Below are positions 10,801-23,493 of a stretch of 64,000 nt of DNA, piece after piece. The position numbers and the translations under genes are program-made. Position 1 is the first letter of the stretch. The number at the start of each line of letters is the position of its first letter. The notes under the pieces were generated by a model that was not told where the DNA came from, ran no database searches, and saw only the letters and a list, made by a program, of their open reading frames with translations. Source of the DNA: Azolla caroliniana (taxonomy: Eukaryota > Plantae > Polypodiophyta); the NCBI GenBank assembly GCA_043228905.1, contig JBHGNT010000003.1, positions 15,748,001 through 15,812,000 on the forward strand, read 5' to 3'.

Positions 10801-12691
10801 AACCAACCTGTGCCCCATCGAGGGTTGTAGTCGTGTTAGCCATTTTTGTTAATATACATATTTAGTCATTCGCATCTGTCTGTGTCGGTGTCTGTTCGCG
10901 TTCTCCGTGCTGAAGGGCCGTGTCCCTGTGTATCCCCGGTCCTGCGTAGCCGGCTCTCTCTCTTTCTCCTCCCTCGCTTGCTCTTTGGTTCGAGACCCCC
11001 GCGGTCCCGCCTCGTTTCCACACGCACTTGCGAAAAATCTCGACAGCGTGGAGCTCTTTGAAGACGGATAACACCTGATCCTTCGTCTTCAGCGGTGTAG
11101 CCCACAGCTTCCGGCTGTGGTCATCTATGAATGTCACGAAGTACTGCGCTCCGGCATGTGACTTCGTGTCTACTTGACACACGTCCGTATGCACCAACTC
11201 CAGTGGTGCGTTACGTCTCATCGGTCGCCTTGCTCGGAAGGAGGTCCGGTTCTGCTTACCGGCCAGACAATCAGTGCACTTCTCCAAGTGCACGTTCTTC
11301 ACTGGAATGAGTTTGTCTTCTGCAAGCCTCTTCATCCCCTTCTCGCTCATGTGACACAGCCTCTTATGCCAAAGCTCACCGGCAGTGTCGGATGCCATGT
11401 TCACTTCTTCCGGACATAATCGGGCATTCATCAGGTACAGTGTGCTTACCTTCCGGGCCCGAGCCACAATCAGGCTCCCTTTGCTGAACTTCATGACACC
11501 ATTCCGGATGCTACCCGTGTAGCCTTCATCATCTAACCGACCGGCTGATATCAGGTTTAGACGAACTTCCGGAACGTGTCGGACATCCTTCAGCAGCATC
11601 TTGCATCCGGTTGGTGTTGTCAGCCACACTTCTGCTATGCCGACAATTCAGCATGTACCTTCATTCCCCATCCGGACACAGCCGTGATCACCGGCTGAGT
11701 AGGATGAGAAGCATTTCCGGTCCGGGGTAAGGTGGAACGATGCTCCGGAGTCTACCACCCAGGTCATCTCGTCGCCGGCAAGGTTTATCTCACTCTCCTC
11801 GGTGATGAGCATCAGCTCTTCTTCGCTTGCCGCGATTGCCGTCGTTCCCTTCCGGTCCGGCCCCCTCCGGTCTTTACCATTCCGGTCTTTACCGTTCCGG
11901 TCCGGGGTTTGCTTTGAGTCGGTACCGTCGGTTTCCTTGTCTTTACGGAAATGCCGACAGTTCTTTTGGAAGTGTCCCGGCTTGCCGCAATAGAAGCAAG
12001 TAGGCCTCCCCCTCGACTTTGACCGTGTCCCCGACTTTTCCCGGTTCTGGGGACTACGGTTTCTATGTCTTCCGCGTTCCGATTCGGTAAGAAGCGCTTT
12101 GGAGTCGGAGCTCGTATCTTTGTCTTTCCGACGCGCCTCCTCATCTAGCAAGCTCGACTTTACTCTTGCTAGGGATAACCGTTTTCCTTCCGGCCCGGCG
12201 TTGCCCAAAGTGACAACCAACGTCTCCCAGCTATCCGGGAGGGAACCGAGCAGGAGTAACGCTAATACCTCATCAGCAAGAGGTACTTCCAATGACGTTG
12301 CCTGGTGTGTCAACCCCTGGAAGGCATTCATATGCTCCGCCATGCTGGAGCCATCTTGGTATCGGAGTCTTACTAGCTTCCGGAATACCGACACCTGATT
12401 GAGAGCATTTTTGTTCTGGAACATTATGCTGATCTTCTCCCAGAGCTCACGAGCCTTGCTCTCTTCGTTGAAGTTGTTGTATAGGCTCATGTCGATGAAG
12501 CACCGTATGTACGCCGTTGTCTTCATGTGCATCACCTCCCATATCGCGGCGTCGATTTTGTCCGGTCTCTTGTCCCCAAACTGAACCGGCAACCAGAGGT
12601 CTTTAACAACGAGCATGTCCCTCATCTTCGACTTCCATACTGAATAGTTGGAGCCGGTGAGCTTGAACATGCCGCCAAATGATTCGTCCAT
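7833..12691 (-). pseudogene. Gag-Pol of element A, with two premature stops and a solo-LTR insertion in integrase
   Basis: ORF pieces 11648-12691, ~11050-11629, 9939-10252, 8388-9905 and 7833-8360 are collinear with B. Stops at 11648 (Arg->TGA) and 8388 (TGG->TAG). Confidence 0.93.
10253..11045 (+). mobile_element. Element C: 793-bp solo LTR of the TGTCG...CGACA gypsy lineage
   Basis: Begins TGTCGTGAAGAAAACCGTCC, like D's U3 end, and ends TCTCGACA. Perfect 4-bp TSD GCGT (10249-10252/11046-11049). Removing it restores A's integrase sequence KELHARVER. Confidence 0.93.
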
Positions 12692-13957
12692 TTTCTGTGT
12701 CGATCTCGCTCTGATACCACTTGTCGGGAACCCAACGTTCCTTATGCGCAAGGCTCAGCCACAACCGAGCTTAGAATGATACACAGAAAACGGGAAATAA
12801 ACGAGACACAAAGAAGAGAAATGGTACACAGGAGGTTTACGTGGAAAACCCCAAACTAGGGGAAAAACCACGGCAGCCCACAGGCTGCAAACTGTCACTA
12901 TGTATGAATGCACAAAAAAAAACAGTGAGTTCACGGAGGCAACGACCTCGGACTCACGCTCTTCGCCACAGGCGGCGGTTACAACAGAGGCAGCGACCTC
13001 TTTCTCTCTCTGTACAACGTTACGCACACCACTCTCGTGCAAAACAGAAAATGACAACAACTACTCAAAGTTTGCCCTAAGTCATATTTATACTAATATG
13101 ACTTTTCGGCTATTTACAAATATAGCCTCGATGGGCTCTCAAAAACATATTTAGGAATATGTCTCTTCCTCCGATTCTGCACCATCTGGCTCTCCGTAGC
13201 CGGGTACTCCTCATCCGGTTCACACCGGGCCTGCACCATCTGGCTCTCCGTAGCCGGGTACTACTCATCCGGTTCATACCGGGTCTGTATCATCCGGCTC
13301 TCCGTAGCTGGGTACTACTCATCCGGTTCATACCGGGTCTGTATCATCCGGCTCTCCGTAGCCGGGTACTCCTCATACCATTTCGGCCTCGGCCGAGTTT
13401 GTTCGTCGGCCCTGTTCTTCTCCCTTCCCATCCGGAGGGACCTGTCTCCCAACAGATCGGACGAGCTGGATGAAGGAAACGGATCCGAAAGGGTTCCGGA
13501 TGAGACCTGACTACCGGATCGAGTGAATCCGGATGGATCCGGTGCAAACCGGATCCAAGAACATATGTGTAAATATGTTTCATGGTGAGCCCATCGAGGC
13601 TATATTTGTAAATAGCCCTAAAGTCATATAAGTATAAATATGACTTAGGCAAATCACTAAGGTGTTGTTGAATGGTGTTGTTGTATATTGTTGTATACAG
13701 AGAGTGAGAGAGAGAGATATACAGAACTAGTTTCTGTTGCAACCGCCGGTTGGCGAAGATACAGAGCTCAAGGCCATTGCCTCCGAGTCTCTGAGTGTAC
13801 CTTTCTCATATAGTGATAGTTTGGATTTTGTGGGCTCCCGTGTTTTTTCCCTATTTAGGGTTTTCCACGTTAACATCATGTGGCATCTCTGTTTTAGTTT
13901 GTTCTCTTCTATTCCTTGTTGAAAACTCGGTTGTGGCCGGTAGTTGAACTTCAGATA

Positions 13958-16900
13958 CTCCGTGTTGATGCAGAAAACCGGAAGAAATCTAGCGACAAAT
14001 TTTATAAAATGAACCACGATAGCATCACAAAAGAGTTGCCAGATGACTTCTATGCTATGGCCCAAGTACAAATAGATGAGGTCCGGAGGTTATTGGAGGA
14101 ATTTGAAGACAATCAACTGTAGGTAACGCTAGACTTGGAAGCTTATGACCAGGAGAGAAGGAAAAGGGTGGATAAGCAAACATAGGAGCAACAAGCGGTG
14201 CTGATAAACATTAGCGATGAAGAGCAACCCGTGGTTAGGCCAGATACAATGAGGGAACACCTGTTGGAGGCACATCTAGAACCAACAGAGACACAACCCG
14301 AGCAATTCGCGGAGCAAGCACATATGCAACAATAAGGTGCAGAGTGTGGAAAGTTGGTAGGTGTGTGCGTATGCGGAAGCGTATGAGAACCTGTTGGCTG
14401 ACTCGAAAAACAACACAGAAAGGGAGGAAGGCAAAAACTTACACAGAAACGAGCTTTAATGGAAAGCTTTATTATGTTCCCTCTCTCTCTCACTCAGAGA
14501 CATGATACAATTTGTTTTTCCCTTTTTCTTTACAACGTTAGGTTATTGCTTATATACTAAGCCCTAACTATATGGACGAGTTCACACTCGGATGGATACA
14601 AGTTGGAAGGAGTCGGCCTTTTATGCCAACAAACTCCCCCGTAAAAGGACTACTCTTTCTTGCGTATACAAATGTTTGGGGTTATCTCCCCCGTAAATCT
14701 AGATTACAAGATTATCCTAAATTTACATTATAAGTCAGTCAGCATGCGGCCGAGTCGGCTAAGGTATAGTTGTTCCGATTAGGTCTTACCTACTGTCCCT
14801 CGTTCAGCTTTCTTATGCTCGGTCGCTTATCATAGTCCCATCTTCATCCTTAGTGCTCCGAAGCGTAGATCTGGGAGTGGCTTCATGAGGCAATCGATGA
14901 TGTTCACCTCGGTGTCGATTTTCCGGACTTCGAGCTTCTTCTCGGTTATGAACTCCTCGATGTGATGATACCGCACCTCAATGTGCTTCATCTTTGCGTG
15001 GTAGACGGGATTGTTGATGAGGTGTATTGCGCTCTGTGAATCGTAATGATGGTTGGCAATAGCCGATCGTTTCTACTTGTATCCGAGAAATCAGCAGACA
15101 GTCGATGCAACTAGATCGCTTCCTTTGCTGCTTCCGATGTCGCTATGTACTCGGCTTTTGTGGTAGACAGAGCCATGCACTCTTGAAGTTTCGACCTCCA
15201 TGATATTGCACCACCATCGTAGGTGAAGATGTAGCCTGATGTCGATTTCCGATTATCTGTATGTCCAGTATAGTCGGAATCGGTGTAGCCTTCAACTTCG
15301 GTTGAGGTTGTCAAACCAAAAGTCAGTTGTGTATCTTCAGTCCCTCTCAGGTACCTGAAGATGTGCTTGATGGCCTCCCAATGCTTCCGTCCAGGGTTTG
15401 ACATGTACCAGCTGACCACCCCTACGGCATAGGCTAGGTCGGGTCGGGTCACCACCATTGTGTACATGATACTTCCTACGACCGATGTGTAGGGCATCTT
15501 TCCATTAAGCTCTCTCTACTTGTCCGTTGAAGGAGAATCTCTGTCCGATAGTCGGATCGACGTCAGAAGCGGTGTTGGTGCTAGCTTCGCATTCTCCATA
15601 TTGAAGCGTTTTAGCACCTTCCGGATATAGTCAGACTGGGAGAGTTAGAGAGTCTTGGTCGTCCGATTTCACTCGATCCTCATGCCCAATATGTGTCGGG
15701 CTTGTCTGAGTTCCTTCATCGCGAACTTGTCGTGAAGGCTCCGCTTCAGTTTTCCAATCTCTACTTGATTGCTTCCTGCAATCGGCATGTCGTCAACATA
15801 TAGGATCAGATAGATCCTGGACTCGTCAGCCAATTGCCAAACATACATACATGGGTCGGAGTCAGTTCTGCGGTATCCAAGTTGCCTGATGTAGTTGACA
15901 TAGTCGAGGTCTGGTTGAAAAAACTCTGTTGGCCTTCGAGCTCGTCCAGATCTCTTGGATGCCGAGATAAGTGGTTTGGATTCTTCGATCGACTAGGTTG
16001 GGCGATCGGTATTTGTTGAACCATTTGTGTCATGAGTCTTTTTAGGTGACCCGCCCCCAAGTCGGTATTTCGGTGGTGTCACCTTGTCCTCCCCTAGGGA
16101 CTTTGTCGACTCGGTTCTGTTTCCTACTCACATCTTGTTGACTTTGCCTGCTTCGACTCTTGTTGAATCAGCTCTGTCGTTGATGGCTTTGACTTTGAGT
16201 TCAACTAATGGACTTCCTACCAATTCGGAGTCGGCGGGTATGTTGTCGGCTTGTTCGAGTTCAACTGTTTGTCGAATCTCTAAGTTGGTCCAGTGGGTCG
16301 GTCCTTCTACGACGTCTCTGTCGTCCGTGAAGGATACCTTTTTACCAACTTTTTTCTATTAGTTCCACTGAGAGAAGATAGATTCTTCATTGAAGACTAT
16401 GTCACTACTCCGAATCAGTTTCCGGTTCTCCGAGTACCATAGCCTGTAGCCGAATTCCCCATCGATTCCATAACCAAGAAATATGCATTTCGTTGCATGG
16501 GGTGCCAATTTTGTCCTTTTATCCCTGGGGATGAATGCGTAGGCTTCGCATCCGAATATACAGGGCCTATCGTAGGTCAGCTATTTGCCTAACCATAGTG
16601 CCTGTGGCACTTCAAGCCTAATTGCTCTTGATGGCGCCAGATTTATCAGGTATACTGCGGTCTGCAATGCTTCTGCCCAGAATTCCAGCTTTAGTCCGAC
16701 TTGCTGAAGCATTGTCGTCACCCTCTCCTAGATCGTTCTGTTGATCCGTTCTACCACTCCATTTTGCATGGGCGTGTAGGGAACGGTCTTTTGAAGTTGG
16801 ATCCCTTTGTTGAACAGGTATTGTTTGAAGACTCTAGAGGTGTACTCACCTCCATTGTCGGATCTAAGTGTCTTCACTCTATGTCTCGACCGGTTCTCTA

Positions 16901-19460
16901 CTTCAGATATCCACCGAGTGAAGACCTCGAGTGCTTCGTCTTTGGACCTGATCGAGTAGGCCCAGACCTTTCGTGTACAGTCATCTACAAAGGTGATGAA
17001 GTATCGGGAGCCTCCTACTAATCGCTCTGACATGGGACCACATATATCTGTGTGCACGAGCTCTAGGGAATGTCGTACCATCTCGTAGTGGAGAGTGTGC
17101 GGATTTTGGGTCTTTTTCCCATATCAACAATGCTCACGGAAGTCCGTCTTTGCTTGGAGTTTTGGAATGTAGTCTACCGCCATCAGCCGATCAAGTCCGG
17201 CTTGAGACATGTGATTGAGTTGGCCATGCCATAAGTTTGGGTCGGTCTTTTCTGCCCCTTCTAGATTGATCGCCATTAATGGGTACAGGTTGTTGTACTT
17301 GTGCCCGCCTCCTATCTTCAGGTTTCTTCGGTTGATCATCCATACTGACTCACTTAGAGTCGTTTTGTACCTATCTTCGGCTAGCATGCCGATGGAGACC
17401 AGACTCCTTTTCAGATCAGGTACATGCCGAACTCGGTGCAGGGTTATTGTGTTGCCATTTGGCAATCGGATGGGAACCTCTCCGGTTTCTACAATTCTGC
17501 ACTCATGCCCGTTGCCTAGACAGACTGTGTCGCTGGCGTCAGTTGAATAGTCCGAAAACCATTCAATGTTGGGGGTCACACGTAATGTGGCACTGGAATC
17601 TAGTAGCCACGTGTGTGCATCCTCTGCACTATAGAGGACTTCTCCGATCACTGAATGCTCTAAGGAGAGAACTTCTCCTGATCGGGAGTCGACAACATTG
17701 ATTTGGTTGCCGACTGGAGAGTGGTCTAAGTCGGGTCGTCCTCGATTCCGCTGAGATAGTTGACCACTCTCTTTCCTCTTGATTGACCAACAGTCGGAAA
17801 CATTGTGGCCAGCTTTTCTGTAGTGTGTGCAGAATTCGCCTGATCAGCATGTTCTTGACTTTGACCGTTGTCGGTCTACCCTCATTTTTTATCGGTTGGT
17901 ATTCCGACTGGTTTTGTCGCCTTGTTCTCTCATACGACTCTGTCGGTCGAACGACTCGGTCGAGTGATGGGCATCTGTCAATTCATCAATGGTAAGTCCC
18001 ATCGATTTTCTCCAAATGTCCTTGGTGAGGACTTGGTCGATCGTCTCATCCAGATTTAGGATCGGTTGACTATTGGCGTATGTCATGCAGAATACCTCCC
18101 AACTCGCCGGTAAGCTCGATAAGAGGGCAAGGGCTTTCACTTCTTCTTCGAAGTTGATCCCTTGTGAGGAGAGTTTCGACAAAACCCGGTTGAAGGTGTT
18201 GATGTGGGAGGTAGCCGGATTGATTTCTCTCATCTTTATGTTGAAAAGTTGTTTGATCAAAATCAATTTCGAAGATGAGGACTTCTTCTCGTACACGGCT
18301 TGTAACTTTTCCCACAATGAGAACGTTGTCGTCTCGTTTGCCATGCTGAAGTAGACGTTTTCGGCTAGATGCATTCAGATGGTGGAGCGTGCAATTTCGT
18401 CCATCGATTTCCACTCTTCGGCTGTCATCGAAGCAAGTTTTTCATTGTGTTGAATAGCTTTGAATTGTCTTCTGATGATCAGAACATCCAGCATCATCTC
18501 CTTCCAAAGTGCAAAATTTTTGCCATTGAACTTTCTGATTTCAACTCCTGTTCCAGATGTTGAAGCCATATTCTTCTATGAAAAGTGAGATTTTTACTGA
18601 CCTCGTCTTTTTCTTTTGACCTTCTTCTGTTGTCTATTGCCGCCGAACAGCAAGGTTTCTCTGATACTAGTTGTGGAAATTTGGTAGGTGTGTATGTATG
18701 CGGAAGCGTATGAGAACCTGTTTGCTGACTCGAAAAACAACACAGAAAGACAAGAAGGCAGAGACTTACACAGAAACGAGCTTTAATGGAAAGCTTTATT
18801 ATGTTCCCTCTCTCTCACTCAAAGACATGATACAATGTGTTTTTCCCTTTTTCTTTACAACGTTAGGTTATTGCTTATATACTAAGCCCTAACTATGTGG
18901 ACGAGTTCACACTCGGACGGATACAAGTTGGAAGGAGTTGGCCTTTTATGCCAACACAGAGAAGAAACAAACGGTCAATGCGGATCAACAACAACAATAG
19001 ATGACAAAAGAAGAAGAACGGCTAGACCTAGTGGACCAAGACATTATGGACATACTCGAGGTAAGTTGAAAGACGAACGGTGATCATGGTTACAGATTGC
19101 GGGATCGATGTGCAAGGCACTGTCCCACAGGTGTGCCATGTGTTACCCGAAGAAGAGTATGTTCCGGACTTGTGAACCGAAGGTCCGGATAATAGCTATT
19201 GAGTAATATTATATTATGTAATGACGGATCCGGATGGATGTACCGATCCGGATCTGCACCACTTTGTACCTTGTCAGTCGGTGCATGCACCATTTTGTAT
19301 CGGAATCGGATGCCTATATAAAGTATCCGGATTGTATGTATTAAGGAGCGAGTAATATACTATATTGTGTCATCTTGTGTACTTGCCATCTATACTTTCA
19401 TGTTTTGATCTTACGTGCGCCAATCTATAGTCGGATTTTGTGTGTGTCTAGAACGTAACA
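13958..19460 (+). mobile_element. 3' remnant of an unclassified LTR element: unknown ORF (13958-14344 + 18957-19070) and putative LTR ~19081-19460, split by element I
   Basis: The A-rich decayed ORF is homologous to 19574-20200. Purine tract AAAGACGAACGG precedes TG...GTAACA, which contains a TATA-like CTATATAAAG. Confidence 0.55.
14345..18956 (-). mobile_element. Element I: older, internally deleted Tork-like Ty1/copia
   Basis: LTRs 14345-14631 and 18672-18956 (about 14 substitutions in 285 bp). TSD CAGAG. Degenerate PBS ~18658-18669. Fragments of gag (MASTSGTGVEIRKFNGKNF), PR, INT (VHTDICGP) and RT/RH; most of RT is deleted near 15900. Confidence 0.93.
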
Positions 19461-19499
19461 GGATAAGTTATAATTATGTGTGTGCATCCATCCATCCCT

Positions 19500-20648
19500 C
19501 CCTCCAACCACACCTTTGGGGAAAGTATTTTGGAAGGGGATACCTAGTGTTTGTGGCTAAGGTCTAGCCCAAGATGAACACTGAGCACCACGAGAAGGAG
19601 GGCCGAGGATTCTATAAATTGGAGGAAAATAGCATCCAATTGCTCTGAGAAGACCTCACTAAGGAATTCCACGCCCTCACCCAAACACACAGCACGACAA
19701 TCAAAAAACTAATCGAGGAATTCGTGGACTAGCAGTTGTAGCTCACCATAGATTTGGACAGATATGAACAAGAAAGAATCCAAGCCAAGGCCGAACCCGA
19801 TGCCCCAAAACAAGGGGAAGAAGAAGGAACCAGAGTAAGCAAGCCGGAACAAGTGGTATAGGTAGGACACAGAACAAACCAACAACGAGAACAAGCAAGA
19901 AATCCCATCCGAACAACAAACCCAACCAGATAAAGTCCTAACACACGAGGAAAATGCACAACAGAAGGAGTCCACGAATATGCCTGCAGAATAGCCACAA
20001 GGAGAAGAGCCACCAATGGCTACGCTAGCGGACCATCCAACAGGAGAATAACCGCCACATGTCGAGCAGTTGGCCGACTTTGTCACTAAAACAAATGACT
20101 CACTGCAATCACCGAACATCCTGCATACTTTCGACAAAGAATGAGAAAAAATTTCGATGATTGGGTTCAATGGGCAAGGCCCTATCCCACGGGCATGCTA
20201 GGTGTTAACCGATGGGACAAGTGAGACACTATGTGAACAAGCAAAGGGAGTCGAGCACTAACAGGCAAGCAAAGGGAGTTGAGTTTTAAGGAGGAACGGT
20301 TGTAAAGTGCCCAGTTAGAGGACTATACATATATACCAAATGTTGTAGAACGACTAGAAATAAAGGGATAGAGAGAGTGTGTTTTACTGATAGTAATCAG
20401 TACTTGTATCAATGTATGTATGCACTTTAACCAAATATACTTTATTGTGGGCAACTCAAGTGTTCCTTCTTGTAAGTCTAGTATATAAGTATTGTCTGTG
20501 TAGGAGTCGTATTTCTAGGATTGGTTGTAGCTATACAACCAATCTCGTGGAACCCCTTCCCTCGTTTTGTCAATCGTACCCATCCGAGTGGGAAGGTCTA
20601 AATAAAGGTTTGTACGTGTCATGAGTATAGAGAAGTTTGTATACCACA
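19500..20648 (+). mobile_element. Second 3' remnant with the same unknown ORF family, PPT and putative LTR (~20301-20648)
   Basis: ORF from ATG 19574 aligns with 14000-14160. Purine tract AAGGAGGAACGG precedes TGTAAAG. LTR end uncertain. Confidence 0.5.
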
Positions 20649-21709
20649 TAACAATTTGGATAACAGTTTCGGCAAGGTGTCGTGACCCCAACTCTTCTTC
20701 GTGCCACAATACCTTGATCTGATTACTCGGGAGGAGTAATCGACAATGTTTCCTCTAGGAAGGAGTAACACCTCTCAATGATCAGAAAGTAAAGAAATCA
20801 CAAAACTTGAAACATATGTTTGTTTCCTTCAAGATCTAAAACCTTTTCCTCAACTTTTGAGGTCTGGCCATGTTGAATTCCTCTCAAATAGGGCTCCCTT
20901 TTTCTATCGATTTTGACAAAGACAAATTAAAAGGAAACTTTATTTTCTTCCCCTATTAACTAAGAGAGAGATTTTCCTCTCGAATTATCAGAGAAAGATG
21001 AGGGATCCAAAAGTAAATAATGAATCCAAAAGTATGGTATTTACCATATTTCGAGGGTGTTTACCATACTCGAATGATTGAAACATTCTCGAATGCGAAT
21101 GCACATATGGTACATATGGTCCATACTATGGTTGTAAGTGTATGTGTAATATGCACGAGAGTGAGTGTGACGATGTTCGTGAGTGATTATATGTGTATGA
21201 ACACATGCACATGTGTGTGCATGTGGGTAGATATGAAAGACCGTGAGTGAATTGTGTGTGTGAATGGATAGAGGGGTATGCATCTTATTGATGTATACCC
21301 TCATTGTACTATTTAACCCTATATGGGGCATGAATGAATGGATACAAAAAGCTCTCTCTCTAATCTCTCTCTTTGATGTATCTCTCTCTAATCTCTCTCT
21401 TTGATGTCTCTCTCTCTCTCTCTCCCTCTTTCGCCCTCACGTTCAACCCCCTTGGGAGGGGGGTAGAGCCATTCTAGGCTCCACCCCCACCCCATAAACA
21501 CTAAGGCTTTCGCTTCAAAACCACATGTACCGGAGAAAATTGTCAATGTTAAAACAAAACATTTGCGCTCTAAAACAATCGGAGAGTTTAAAATTAAATG
21601 GATGATTTTAATTCTATTAAAGATGCTACATGGGAACACAAAAACACCATTAAAACTAACTACTCTAAACATTTAATTGCAAGAGTGCAATATTTTAGAG
21701 AGGGGAGTA

Positions 21710-22141
21710 TGTTACATGCATAACCATAACTTATCCCATGATAGGTGAGACCATATTTTTCTACACACGAGGATAAGAGTGTGAGGGTTAATCTAGAATG
21801 TAAACAAGGGATGATTATTTTCCATCTTAGGGATTGAGACAACCTTAACAGCCAAGTGTGAACTTGCCTGAAGACCTAACTATCCTTATTAGGGGTATTG
21901 TTGGACTACATCGAAACAGTGTGATCTTGTGGTGAATAGACTCTTGTGATGACCACTAACCAATACTAAGTATGACTCAATGCCTACCAACGGTATGGGA
22001 TGTTGTTCAAGGCTTGGGTCCATCTCGATCCCTTCGCTTAGGGTTGGTAGGGTGGATCAGTGCCCTTCTTTTTATCATTGTCTCTTCATTTTTTTATATG
22101 TTTCCTTATTTTCATGCTTACATTGGAATAAATCTCTAACA
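21710..22141 (+). mobile_element. Diverged 3' LTR of the element J family
   Basis: PPT AGAGAGGGGAG, then TGTTAC...CTCTAACA. Collinear with 36297-36753. Confidence 0.75.
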
Positions 22142-22830
22142 ATAATTGTCTTTAGTAACCTTGTGTATTTTCTCCCTCCTTACACGCACACATGTACAAT
22201 CTTCTATTATCTATAATGTTAGTATCAGGTTCAAGCTCATTGTTTGTATGATGATATAACACAATTGAGCTTGAGGGGGTGTGTTGAGATATCAAGCTCC
22301 ATTAAACACTTCCTACATTACACATACTCAATGTATAATAATTGTTTTTAGTAACCTCTTGTATTTTCTCCCTGCGTATACAATCTTCTATTATCTATAA
22401 TGTTCGTATCAAATTCAAGCTCATTGTTTTTGTATGATGATATAACACAATTGGGCTTCTCGGGGTGTGTTGAGAAAGCAAGTTCAACTGAATACTTCCT
22501 AGGTTACACATGGCACTCATTGTATAATAATTGTTTGAAGTCTACCTTAGTAATTAAGTAGGAATAAGTTGTCTATATTAAGTGTAGTTGATACTTTCTA
22601 AATTATGATATGTCATTTATTCTATAACCACAAGGTATAGGTTTAGGATAACAATAAGTACACATTGAAGTAGCATGCAAACCAACTCTCCTCCATTATT
22701 TGGCTTGCATTTTATAATTATCCCTCACTTTGCTAAATGCAATTGTTGTTAGTAACCTTGCATATTTTCTCCCTTTCCTCTCTCTTCTCTCTCTATCTCT
22801 CTCACACACACGAAATCTCCTATTAGCTTA
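22142..22830 (+). repeat. Decayed, tandemly duplicated copia PPT/LTR fragments upstream of the subtilase
   Basis: ~185-bp duplication (about 22145-22335 and 22340-22530), each with TTGAG(C/G)..GGGGTGTGTTGAG, the same junction as at 1045-1065. Confidence 0.55.
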
Positions 22831-23493
22831 GTTGCATAATGCATGATTCTCTATAGAACTACTTGTCTAGTTCTTGACAAAAATTATTGACGGTTGTGGA
22901 ACATTGTGAAAAGAATTAAAAGGTCTTGGAAATTGTTGGGATTAGTAATGAGCTTATGTAAAAGGTCATCAAAGGGAATTGATGATCGATGGATCAAACC
23001 AATTATCAGATACAATTTAAGTCCATTTACTCTTGTACATATTGCATTGCTTAGTCTAGCCTTAGGTTGAAGTTGAACCAAGGCCCCCTTGGTATGTTTC
23101 CTATATGCATAAAGATTAAGTTAAAGGTGTCCATAAGAGCATCAATAATTGGAAAGCTGGGGTGAAAGGGAACACTTGCCACACTTCAGAACCAAGAGAA
23201 AATCGGCGTCCTTGGTGGATGTGAGTTTCCTCGAGTTTTGAAGTATAAACCTTCGGAAACATTCAGTTTCAATAAATTGGTATAGAGAACCTATTTATTA
23301 AGGGTATTTCCGATATTTCAAAAATTAATGGCTTTTCATTTACTCAGCGATTACCCCCCTACGGATACCTAACGTTAATGAGACGAGGCTCTTTTCTGTT
23401 CACACACAAGTTCTCCGTGGGAGCTTACCCTTCATCTCTTCGATTCAATCTGAGAGAAATACTGAAGAAGAAACCATAGCTTTGAGCTCAGCT

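Larger units (their letters stand above)
1582..13454 (-). mobile_element. Element A: full-length Tork/Tnt1-like Ty1/copia, disrupted by B and C
   Basis: 5' LTR 12722-13454; 3' LTR 1582-2258 + 7770-7822. TSD GATCG (1577-1581/13455-13459). PBS TGGTATCAGAGC (12708-12719, tRNA-iMet). PPT 7823-7836. About 17 substitutions between LTRs. Confidence 0.95.
1463..13953 (+). mobile_element. Element H: pol tail, PPT and 3' LTR (1524-1581 + 13455-~13953) of a Tork/Tnt1-like copia, split by element A
   Basis: 1463-1513 reads DVYKRRIGLTRNPMPE*, like the A/B Pol end. PPT GAAGGGGGAG. LTR start TGTTGAGAATTCGGTCCCTCC, and the LTR continues after the GATCG TSD. Right end approximate. Confidence 0.75.
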
